From Paramecium tetraurelia (lineage: Eukaryota): a stretch of DNA of 64,000 nt. Below the pieces are notes generated by a model. The model ran no database searches and was not told the origin of the DNA. It saw nothing but the letters and a program-made list of their open reading frames with translations. Where the stretch lies: positions 62,001 to 126,000 of the forward strand of contig CT868000.1 in the NCBI GenBank assembly GCA_000165425.1. Direction: 5' to 3'. The position numbers were made by a program, and so were the translations under genes. This document shows positions 14,401 to 26,607 of this stretch, in pieces; position 1 is the first letter of the stretch; the number at the start of each line of letters is the position of its first letter.

Positions 14401-16361
14401 GTCCATTTTCAAAGGATTATATAAATGCAAATAACCTGGTTATATGAAATTCTTAGGAGTTTTCAAAAAAATTAGAGATCCTGTTTGCATTAGTTTAGAT
14501 TTTCCCTTTTCTAAAAATTTGTTGACTAGTTCATCGTGCAAGGATGCAATGTAGTCAGGCATAAAATCATAGATGTATTTGTAATTTCCTACTGCTTCTA
14601 AAGGACATGAAAAAAACTGAGAAGCTTACTCCTTATTATAGTTCAATAATTAACCTTAATCGTGGATTAAACTTGTTTAAATAATCATAGATCTATCTAA
14701 GTTATGTATGTTTTACTTTACTTGTAAGAAGAATTTGATTATTAATTGTGAATTCATTAAACTATTTATCATATCTCAATAATTCGTCAACTATCTTTTC
14801 GATTTCTATTGCCTAATTCATGGTTATATTATTACCTTCTTTGTATTTACCATGATGATTCCAAAGTATAATTGCAAAATTCTTAAGGTCAGAATGTCAG
14901 AATACTGTTAGCCCATGATGGTATTCTTTTCTAGATCATATTCCTATTGAATCAATATTTTGCATTCTGATATGGCTTTCACATAGGGAATAATCCTGTC
15001 TTGTTATCTTGAGTGAGACGAAAATCCAAGTCTTAGGTATTCCAATAACCCGAGTTTCTGTTTTAAGGTTGATTCCAAAAAGGATAAACTTTCAACACTT
15101 TTATATTATGCCAACAGGAATCCTGCTATTGTTAATCTCGGGATTTCAGCTTTCTTAATCTAAGCATCCTGTATTCTTTTTAATTGGATATTGATCTCTT
15201 TTGTAATCACATTGAGGTAAGCTTTACTAAGGATGCTATCACTTTTATATTGAGAATGAAATTAAATCAATGATTATAATGGATAGAGTTAAGAGGAATA
15301 GTTACATTGTATTTTAACAATCAAAGAGTCTTTATATTTTTTATTTGATAATAGTAATTGTATTAATTGATCCATGGATCTCGTTTTAATGCTTTATTGG
15401 CTTGATATTAGCAATGCCTTTTAGATAAGTGCTTTTTGGGATTAAAATTTATTGTATAATAGGCTTTCGATTAATTAGCACTTCTGGAGAGTGATATTCT
15501 GATCAAGTAAATACGAATCATACAATCTTTTTTGAATATTAAGTGTGAAATAAATCGAAAACGTTAGTATTGGAAGTACGAATATAAATTGGATATTGAA
15601 TTCAAAACATACGATCAAATTAATCATAATTACCTAATAGATTAAATAAAAGGTGGAATTGTTATTGAGGATGCTCTTTAGAAATAAAATCTTGGACAAG
15701 TATTTAATTATAAATAACACTACACTCGCATCTGTTGATATTTCAGCAAGTAAAATTGCCAATACTGTGATAATTTCGTAAAATATATCAACCATTAGAT
15801 TTTGATGGTAAATAATGCCTGTAAAATCAATTAGTTATGTTTATTTGCAAATGGACATCCATAATAGTTGTTAAACATACATAATTAAATTACAAATAGT
15901 TAGAATGTATATTTTTACGCTTGGGTAATTATTAATTTAATAAAATATGGTATTCCAAGTTGGAAGTATCAATATTTAATGCTAGATTTTAATTAATAAT
16001 ACAAGCATATACTAACAATTTTGATAATGTTTAAAAAATGTCACAATCACAACACAGAAAATATTTATTAATAGATGCACAACAGCCAAATAAATAAGCA
16101 TCTGTTAGTTATCGATTATGATCAGATAATTCGTTATAATAAATTATGAGATAATTTTGAATATCTTTCTAGTGTTAGGTAATTAAAATACTTTGTGTCC
16201 GTGTTTAAGCCAGAAATTAATTACAATTCCTAAAGGCCACAAATTATCAGCAAAATCCTAATAGTCAGCATCAAAAGTTCTTTGTGTTGCTTATGGAACG
16301 ATTATGTAAAAGAAATGTATCCCTCCAAAAGAGTAAAAACCTATTTTCGCATCATTCTCAT
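11431..16361 (-). CDS. Large multipass membrane protein with a PAS-like domain (TmcB/TmcC-like), about 1635 aa
   Basis: N-terminal TM cluster, PAS-like ASQFF...IYDFMPDYIASLHDELVNNFLEKG, and a C-terminal TM followed by LILMIP. One 23-nt intron (16169-16191) gives 1636 codons. Interior only partly checked. Confidence 0.8.
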
Positions 16362-16845
16362 TTTAAATTTTATAATAATTTTTATATAAATATACTAAAT
16401 GATAATCATAATATAATAAGATAAGTGATTCTATATCTTCTAGTTGTATTTATAAATAATTCGCTATTTCCAATTGAATCTGAAAAATTGATTACTGCAA
16501 CCATTCCCACTCTTTTAAAAGTCCTAAAAAGCATTTCTTTTTATTTCATGATTAAAATCTCCAAGGAACTTCAACTTCAATCATATTACTTATGTTAAAT
16601 GAATTGTAGAAGCTATTGAACATCATGTTTATTTCAAATGGATTTACAAATGTTCAAAATTGATTCCTAAGACCTAACTTTTAATTTGTTGTTTAAGCAA
16701 ACGGATGAAGAGAACGAAGGAAAATCTTTAGTAATAACGAAAGCTTCTATAAATTTTATGGAAATTATTGATTTAATTCAAAATAGGAAATGACAATTAA
16801 CTAACTTAAACTCATTCATTAATTTATTTTATTAATTATATTATA

Positions 16846-19800
16846 ATGATAAGTCGAGACACTGGGTTCTAGGATCTGGAGAGTGGGATTCAAAGTAATA
16901 ATTTATCGTCAGGGCAATTGGTTGATTTGGATTAACACAGCCCAATTAATGGATAGTAATTGGATCCAACTCTGGAGTTTTCTTAATTATAATAACTTGA
17001 AGCTCTAAGAATGAAAAGGGATATTTTCGATAATAAAAATAAGCAAGCATTAAATTTGGGGAATAAATCAGATATAAACGAGGAGGATTGTCTAATTAGC
17101 AATTTAAGGTAAGTTAGATCGATATAATAGTGGAAAAAGAAGTGAACCGTAAGGCTCTATCAGTTCTATAAGTTGCAACTAAAAGAAGAAGAAGCATCTG
17201 ACTGCAAAATCACCAAAGCAAAAGTCCAATAAGACTATTTAGTTCTAATAAAAATTGGAGTAAGAAGATTTTGTAATTGCATCTCCAATTAATGAAGGTA
17301 CTCAAATTTTGAGGATAAAATCCGATGCTAAAATAGCAAAATATTAAACATTTGTGCAAAAATTGGAGGAAGAACAAGAGCAAAATGAGAAATAGAAGAG
17401 AGCTTAAATGCACCGAGACACTATAAAACAATAGTCTTTGGTTTTACGAGGAAAGAGCAGAGAGATGAAAACAGGGTATTGATATTAAGTAATTAGAAAG
17501 ACTAAATGAAGTTTGGTCACAGAAGGCTTTGATAATTATTAGACTAGTATCTCGCTTCATCTAGTAATTGAAGACTAAAACAGAAAGAATTAAATTTCGA
17601 CTGATAACTTAAAGAATATTTGAAGTCATTTGTGATAATAGTGCTAACTTTGAGTATATGTTAATCAATAGATTAATTAAACAGAAACCAAGTTTTGGAT
17701 TAATAATATTCCATCACTTTCAAAGTCGAGCGCTAATACTATTAAATGCAATAGAATCGATAAATGATTTTCTGGGTAAATATGTTAAAGTGATAAAGCC
17801 TGATAGTTTATTTAAGATAGTTTGGGATATTATCCTATTATTATTTATTGTGGTTAATATTTTTTATATTCCAATATATATCAGTTTCGATGTGAGATCG
17901 TCTGGATTATTTGAATGGATATTTGATTTATTGCCCTCATGGGTCTTTATTGCAGAGATTCTCCTAAATTTTAATACAGCATATTATGATAAAGGATTAA
18001 TGCATGAGGATAGAAAACAGATAATGAAACATTATGTAAAAGGTAATTTCTTTTGGGACATAATTGTTGTGATCCCTTTCTTGATTTCTTATTTGGACAT
18101 CCCATTCGTCAGATACACATTATTATTGCGACTTACTCGATTGTCCCCATTAATGACCAGCATTGAAGAAGTCCTGAACTTAGAAGTATTTAAATGTCTC
18201 TATCTCTTAATAGGATAGTCTTTAAGTCTTTCTGGATTTATTAAAATTGATATTCTTTCTATTATTAACTGGACATTTTTGTGGATGTGCCTGGCATTGG
18301 GTTGCAATAATCGAATATGAAAATTATGGATAAGAAGTAACCTGGCTTACTCATTATGAACCTAATGCCATGAGTTATGAATGGTTTGATAGATACATCA
18401 TTTCCTTATATTGGAGTGTTATCACTACTGTTACTGTAGGTTATGGTGACATTGTGCCTGTAACTACAGTGGAGAGAGTGTTTGTTATAGTAGTAACCCT
18501 GTTGATTTGTGGTGTGTTTGGTTATTGTTTGTCTAATATTGGAAACATATTTAAATAAATCACAGACAAGAAAGCCATCTATAAATAAAGAATAAGAGAA
18601 ATCAATCAGCATATTAGGAAGAGAGGTCTCAGCTATAATTTACAATTAAAAGTATATTTACATTTAAAAATCTTAGGTCAAAAAGTATTTTGAATACTTT
18701 CTAAAAGTGAAATAGGAGGAGGATCAACATGCAGAACAATTTATAGAACAATTGACTAAACATCTGAGGGAAGAAGTCTTAATTGATATTTATAGAAAGA
18801 CACTCAAACAATCTAGATTTTTAAGGGAAAATTTTAGTGAAGATATTCTCAATCGATTATGTTAGATAGTAAAAGAAACCAAATTGTACCCAGAATAAGT
18901 TCTTTTTTAAAGGAATGACTCTCCTAAAGCATTATGGTTTGTTCTGTCTGGAGCAGTTGAGTATGTTGCTGATCATTAAAGTACATTTATCTATTAATTC
19001 CACTAGATGAGGATGAACACTATTACACTGAAACATTTTTAAAGAAATTAACTCAAGGGTACTATATATTTGAGAATATTAATTAGAGCTGTGATTGGCG
19101 AAAGAGAATTCATATCTCAAACTCCATATGAATATAATGCAAGAGCTACTAAATTTACTTAATTGTTAGTTGTCGAGTATCTATACATATAAATATCATT
19201 AGTTATCAATAATTCTACCTAATTCTGTAAGAAAATAATGATGAATTTGAGAAGTATTGTTTAGCCAAAGATAACCTATTGTTTAATAGCAATTATAAAG
19301 CATTTGGGTAAATTTGCGAAATTTGCGGATGGACTCATCGATTTATTTAGTAAATCTACACACTTATAGTTAGATGTCCTTTCGTGTTTTTATAACCTAA
19401 TAAAAATAAAATAGCCAGTTCCTTCGTCTCTACTAAAACCAATAAAAGATTATCATTTCCATATAGAACACTTCCTAAAACTAATTGGAGAAACAATGTG
19501 CCTGAAGTATAGGAGGCTGCCTTAGGCTACATTGTATTAAATAACATCATACCAGAAAAGTACTTATTATATCATCATTCAAGAGAAATAAATGATACTT
19601 ATCTCATTAATCTGGGGTTTGAATTAAATGATGGGGAGGAAGAGCCTTCGAAAATTATACCCAATAAAAAGAACTCGATGTCTAGAGATTTGAAAAATTT
19701 ATCTCAATATGATAACACACCTCAATAATAACCTATACAATAACCATCCATTTAAACTGTCCTTTAGGATTAGAAGTCATAAAATTAAACAGCTATATTT

Positions 19801-20894
19801 CATAAGGATCAATAAAAGATTAATATGACTAATGTAATTTCTTATATGAATTCTTTAGGAAAGCTTTGTTGATTGGGATTAGGGTAGTTAATTGAAAAGA
19901 AGTATGAATAGGATCAAATTCCAAGGTCTTGACAGAGGACGCACACTTCAATCAATCAAAGGAAAATACCATTAAAATAATCCAGATGTATTAGATGAAT
20001 CCATGATCTAAGAAGAGGTCAAAATTTAAAACACCAATATTGGATCTTAAAATTTTATTCATAACAAACTCAAAATGGTGAAAAGTAAGCATAATATCCA
20101 AAATCCAATTGGAATTAGAAAAGTGTCCTGGCTTGAATTTGATAGTGGAGTGAGTCAATAGCAAGGTTTGTAAAAATTATATCTATTTTAGATGGCAGAG
20201 CTGCCCAATAACTATTTAATAAGTAAATCAGTAAAGGAAGCGAAACAAACTTTGATTAATCTCCACCACTTAACTAATAAGAAAATGATATCAAATAAAG
20301 AATTGAAGCAAGAGAAAATAGCATAAAATCCAAAAAAACAAATAACAAGTAGGATATAATTTTTATTAAAGTATTGATATAACAAGAAGGAAAAAAAGAA
20401 GAAAAACTACTTAACTTTTATAACTATTTTAAGGTTTGGACAATGGAGACACGAAATCAACAAAGAAAGTAGAAAAAGGCATCTTGGGAAATGATGTTTA
20501 CAGTTCTAGTGTTTATACTACTGGAGGACCAAGTAATACTGCCTTAATAGAACCTAATAATAAAGATGCTAATGCAGACAATAATAGTGTTCATGTCAAT
20601 CATTCATTTGATGGGATTTAAAAGAGAATCTAAGATATTGTGCATGTTCACTTTGAAATGGATTTGGATAGATACAAATCCTCTAAATTTTATTTTCCAG
20701 ATAATAATTTAGAAGTTGTAATATAAAAAATTACAATATATTACGACAAATTGAATGATAAAAAGAATGATTTTGAGGCTAGGGAAATGAAAAGAACAAA
20801 AACCAACCTAACGCTATTTGATAGGATCAGACAAGCAAAAAGCTAGAATCTTAGAGGAAGTTTTGTGGAGAAATCACTATAGGATAATGACTGA
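16846..20894 (+). CDS. Cyclic-nucleotide-binding-domain K+ channel
   Basis: KIVWDII, S4-like LLLRLTRL, pore YWSVITTVTVGYGDIVP, CNBD, and CEICGWTHRFIQC. Many tiny introns. Confidence 0.92.
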
Positions 20895-21598
20895 AATATT
20901 AAATCCAACTTTTAAACAATATTTATATATTGATTATTTAAAAACGACAGAAATGCTCAATATTACCTATAGAATATGATTTGAATGCTCAAAAAGTCCA
21001 ATTCTTATTTATCACCTAACATTTTGAGATTTTTAATAAAAAATATAAATGTTTCTTATAAATTTACAATACTGGCAATTTTAAAAGACGTGGTATTTCT
21101 TCAAAAATATTAGGCAATTTCATTTGAATTTCAACTAGTAAAATCAATGATAATAGTTTACAAAGAAAATCTTTCATGTTTTCATGATTGTTTAACAAAT
21201 TTAATCATATATTAATTTTAATAAAATTTATCTAAAATCCCAATCTATGTTACTAGGGAAAGAGAGCATATCTTTTAAACATTTAAGTATTTGAGGAGGG
21301 GGGGGGATTAAAATAAATTAGGCTCAAACCTAAAAAATAGCTAGCTTCATTTTGGACTCCAGAATCATGATTTACCTAAATTATTTTTCAGAGTTTTTTT
21401 TATAATATAAACTTAATATATGGGATGATTGGACTTAAATTATGGGAAAAGTTTGATAAAGAAAGTATTGAAAATAATCTGATGTTCAAAAATAATAGAA
21501 TCTAAATAATTTTAAATTTAAATCAACGCAATCTATTGAGAGAAATTGCTGCCAATTATCGAAAAAATGATTGAAAAATTATAAATTATTATAATTAA

Positions 21599-21774
21599 AT
21601 GGGATGTCTATAATCAAAGAAAGCCTTAAAAGAATCTTAAACAAAATTAAAACCAGAAAGTCCTCAACCATATGATCCAAACAGTATACTTATAAATTAT
21701 ATTTAGAGAGAGAAACATAATATTAAGTTATTGTAAATGGAATATTTTTTGATGCACTCAATCTAGATGAGTGA
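21599..21774 (+). CDS. 50-aa microprotein with an N-terminal MGCxxS acylation motif
   Basis: MGCLQSKKALKESQTKLKPESPQPYDPNKRETQYQVIVNGIFFDALNLDE* after removing a 23-nt GTA..TAG intron (21684-21706). Confidence 0.55.
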
Positions 21775-21796
21775 TTCTTCCCTTTCATGTACATTC

Positions 21797-22832
21797 TCAA
21801 AAATTGATTGATATATTTTATCGATTTAACAAACCACAAATAAAATCTGAGGCTTTCTTGAGATTTTCTCTGTCAATACCTGTTTCGATTCCTAAATAAT
21901 TCAACGAATTAACTACGGTTTCTGTAGCCACATTTCCACTTGGCTTACCAGCATAAGGACATCCACCCAACCCTGAAACAGATGAATCTACAACCTCAAC
22001 GCCATGCTATATTATTTATTGTCATAATTAAATTACTTCCAAAGCAACCAGTATGTTCGGAATTGCCCTATCATAAGTATCATGAAAATGAACAGCCAAT
22101 TTTTTAATGTCGAATTACGAGAGAGCTTACATTAAATTTTTGGTTTTCTCAGGAGTCCCAACTCCTATTGTATCTCCCAAAGAAACCTCATAACAACCTA
22201 AATATATTCAGTTAATTTTTTTGAATACCCATTTCAAATAATTTTTAAGTCACTTCTGCCACTTTTTAAGGATGAATATCCCCTTCATAAGGACATCCCA
22301 TAACACATGATACGTATCCTCTTATTTTAATTCCATTTTATTAGGCTTTTATTACAACATCATTAAATCTCTTTAGTGAATCAGCCTATACTTATTAAAT
22401 AATTCTTACTATAGAACAGTTTATATTTTTTTATGAAAATGCTTCAGAGGCTGCTCCGAATACGGCTATTTCTTTAACTCCGACCTTCAATGCTTAGTCC
22501 AATCCAATTATATTCGGAACTAAAACAGGATAACTCACATTTGGGAATTTGTCAATTTTTGAATAGACTTCAGATGCATCTCCCATCTATGGTACCCATT
22601 TCTTTGACACAAAACTAGTAGTCTCTATTGCTTAAAATCCGCATTTAGATAATCTTAAGATTGATTGGATTAAATACAGATTTATGAATTTAACTTTATC
22701 TTCACTCTGCACAATTGTCTTTTCATTTTATAATCCATCTCTGGGTCCCATCTCTACAATTTTCACTTTTTTAGGCAAACTCGTATTCTTGTACTTTTGA
22801 AGTTATGCCAATAAATTATTCACTCTACTCAT
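21797..22832 (-). CDS. HMGCL: Hydroxymethylglutaryl-CoA lyase
   Basis: [45 protein letters not shown] and GNVATE. Several tiny introns. Confidence 0.95.
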
Positions 22833-22839
22833 AAATAAA

Positions 22840-23505
22840 ATGATGGCTTAATTATAACAGAAATTATTAGAAATAATCGAAAATCTCATTAACAATCCAA
22901 TATCACTAGAATTCGTGGATCCCTATGATGACGAAGATTATAACAAAGTCATTTTCAACAAAATGGATTTGTACATTAATTACTTATTCCTAGAACAACA
23001 ATAAAAAAAAAGCTCGAGTCAAATAAATACTTGAATCATACTGAATTCTTTAAGGATCTAGATTTAGTCTGGAAGAATTGCTAGTTATATAACCAAAAGG
23101 GTAACAATGTTCTCTATTGAAAATAATAGGATCTATAATTTTTAAATAATCAATGTATTTGGAATAACAATGCAAAAGTTTATAGAAGGTCATTGAAGAT
23201 GATTTCAATTTAGGCAAGAAAAAAAAAAGGCAAAATTAAGAAAGACCGCCCATATAATAATAATCTTTTGATTTTAGATAAAAGTAAATTAAATATGAAA
23301 GTATTCTAGAAATAAACCTAGTAATGAAGCTTCCCGCCTTAAGTTTTGCCATTCGATAAAAAATTTAGAATAAGAACAATTAATAAAAATAGTAAACTAT
23401 TTAGCTGAATTTCAACCAGAATGTCTTTCTCGAGAAGAAGATAAATTAGTTATTGATGTAAAAAAACTAGATTCCAAAGCATGTGAACAAATAAATTTGC
23501 TTTGA
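22840..23505 (+). CDS. Bromodomain plus ET-like domain protein, 195 aa
   Basis: DYNKVIFNKMDLTTIKKKLESNKY...DLDLVWKNCQLYN and C-terminal IKNLEQEQLIKIVNYL...LVIDVKKLD. Three introns (23, 29, 26 nt) give 196 codons. Confidence 0.88.
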
Positions 23506-23606
23506 TGATTAACAAATATATTATTATATGTATAATAATCTAAAATGATTAATATTTCTCACATTATTCTTAAAGAAATCATTCATATTAATTTATTGAA
23601 AACTCA

Positions 23607-25860
23607 TCATAATAATTTAGTATCACTATTATATATCAATTAGAATCCACCAATTTTCTTTTTAGTCTTATTTTAATTATCCACAACTACTTTAACAATA
23701 TCTTCTAACATTTTAGGTATGATTTATGCAGTGACTGGAGTGGTTGTATCACTGGAAGGTGACATATTCACTTCAATTAGCCAGGAATTAAATTAATCAT
23801 CAATCATAAAGTCGTATCCATACACTTCAAAGGAACGCTTTCTATTTTTCAATTGATCACTACAACATCTTAGACTATTGATAACAATTTCCTTAAATTT
23901 TGGTTGTATTTTTTCTCCAAAAACATCCCAACCAAATTCTTCTATTAAGTACTATTAGAAATCATCTTATGTCCACATATTACCTTTAATTTCTGACTTA
24001 TGAAACTTTTATGAATACTTAGCAATAGCATTGTTGGTTAGATGTGCAAATCTATTTTGAAACTAATCAATATCAAATTCTTCAGCTGAGAACCTCACAT
24101 AACACTCATTATAGAAATATATTTTTAATGGAACTAATTCGGTTACCAATATCCATTGTCTGATATCAAATTTACGATTTTTTATAATCAAAGGGTTTTC
24201 TATATACTTCATGGCAACATAATTCATAGTTTCCTTATTTACATTATCTAAAATTTGATATATATCATCTAGACATCTGATGCCCCTTCCTCTTGAAGAG
24301 TATTCAGGTTTAACAATCCAAATATTTCTGGTTCCTTACAGAGAGTTTTAAGGATTCTTGTTTAATTGTTTGAGCAATTCTTTAATTTAAGGGACATACT
24401 TTTGTAGAAATTCAGGACCTTCGCAATCCTCATACCCATTTAGTTTAAGTTATTACTCTAGATAGTCCTGTATTAAGATTTCCCTTGGTTTTTCAGGGTC
24501 TTTCAGAAGGACAATCCATTCTCCAGGATGAATAAATGGAAATTCATCTTTAAGGATACTTTTGACCATGTTACTCAAAGATTTATTGACTCGACTCATT
24601 ACAACTAAACAAAGTCTAATTTTGAATCTCTATCTATAAGATAACTGATTAACAATAAAAGGTAGTTATTTTTCTTCTTTATTTCTAATAGTATTATTCT
24701 GGTCGTCTAATTTGAGATTATTATTAAAAAATGGTTCTGGTTGTAATGTAATATTTTAGTCATCTACCTTATTGCTGTTGATGTCTTCATCATCTTCAGG
24801 TTCAACAATGTTTTTATGCTAAGTTTGATTTTATAAACTTTGATCAAAATCTAGTAATATACTTTGGATTTTGGATATTTTGAAATCCTCAATAAAGTCT
24901 AAGAAATCAACTAAATCACCAAGATCGTAACATCGAGGAAAGAAGGATTCCCAGTTATTGATGCATCTGATATTTCTTGCCAGTCCATATTTAGAACATA
25001 AACACTAATTGCAATCGAAATGGTTAATTTATTGGAATTCCATTAGATTCATAAAGTCATCACTTCTCAAACTACAAGTCCATTTGAGATCAAAGAATGG
25101 ACTGTAAGCATCTTCATTTTCAGCCCAATTTCTTTCTAGCAACGCATCTCGAAGTGCGTGATATCCACTTGTAATTATAAATACCTTTTGATTTGGAGCG
25201 ACATTGTTTTTCCTTTTCCAGGTGGGATAATCTTGAATTCCTCTGGCACTTATTTTTTTCTTTTTAGGTGTCTCATCTTCTTCATCATATTCAAATTCTT
25301 TTTGACTATTTTTGATAGCAACTGATTTCTTTTTGGGAGTGTATTTTAATAACTCAAGCTAAATTTACACTTTCAAATATTTATAATTTTATACATAGCA
25401 TTTTAAATGTGCTTCTATACTTGTAACGAACTTTGTTGCTTAAAAATTTCTTAATTTTTTAGAGATGTTCTTCTGGATTCTCCTTAGATTGAGTAAAAAC
25501 TCTAATTAATTTCAAATCATCTTTCACTATTTTATCAAAATAATATTCTTTTTTTCCCATCAAAACCAATAATTGAATTAAATTATATCGCAAAGGATTT
25601 AGGTCTTCGTTCTTTTATTATGGCTCCTCTATCAATGGTGCTAATTTCTTTTATGTTGTTAAAGCTCTTTATTACATTTGTGGTTCATCAATGTTATCTT
25701 CCAATTTCTTTAAGGTTCTAAATTGTCCCCTGATTGGCTCTTTTGATTTTGATTTTATTAACTGTCCTTTCGATTTCATCGATTAAAACAGTTTCACATT
25801 CAAATTAATGCTAGCTTTATTCCCCTAAATATTGAAATATGATGCACGATTATCTAACAT
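23607..25860 (-). CDS. TTLL3: Tubulin-tyrosine-ligase-like protein, TTLL3/8 glycylase type
   Basis: WIVKPEYSSRGRGI, KYIENPLII, RKFDIRQW, AHLTNNAI, FEVYGYDFMID, WLIEVNMSP and FFPRCYDL. Confidence 0.88.
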
Positions 25861-25896
25861 TTATTAATTAGTATAACTATATAAAAATCAATAATT

Positions 25897-26485
25897 TCAA
25901 TTATGTTCCCCTAATCTCCTAGGAATTAGATATTTATTGACAATATATTAGTTATTAATTACAATAGAAGGAGTGTAGCTTCTGATTCTCTTATTATTCC
26001 CTTTTTTCGGACTTGAAATCATGCTTAATTTTTTTGTAAGCACTCCTATCTATTAATTGTGTTCTCCAATATATTTTAAAGTGTAAAATCCTTTTGTAGT
26101 TTCCACTGTATTCGAAGCTTACTACAAAGGTGAGCAAATCCATCTGCTATAAGTGGCTCTAAATTCATTAGTGTTTAGTCGACAACCAACAGCTGATTGA
26201 CTTTATCTGGATACATCATTCATTTTTGGGGTTTCCATATAGAACTATTTTCCTCTCTCGTTAAAATTATTTAGCTTTAGTTTAGGCTCATTTGCAGAAG
26301 GCCATCTAATCCTAGGCTAGACATTACGAATCAAAGGGCTTATTGGTTTGGACTCTTCGAATGAAAATTCAATTTTAACAGGCCTCTATTCATGACTGGT
26401 ATTACAGAATCGATGGTTGTAAAACCCTTTGTTAGTAACCTGGTTAATATATATGAATTTATTTACTTACAAGGCTGTTATACAT
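25897..26485 (-). CDS. Hypothetical protein, about 185 aa
   Basis: ATG 26485, one 31-nt intron, open frame to TGA 25897. Confidence 0.6.
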
Positions 26486-26607
26486 TTTATATATTATTAT
26501 AAAAATAGTAATTATTAAAATATATTGAATTTAGTTATTTGAAAGCTACAAAGACTACAAGTTTGAAAATTAAGAATATATTTATTGGTATTCGGTTCAT
26601 ATCATAC

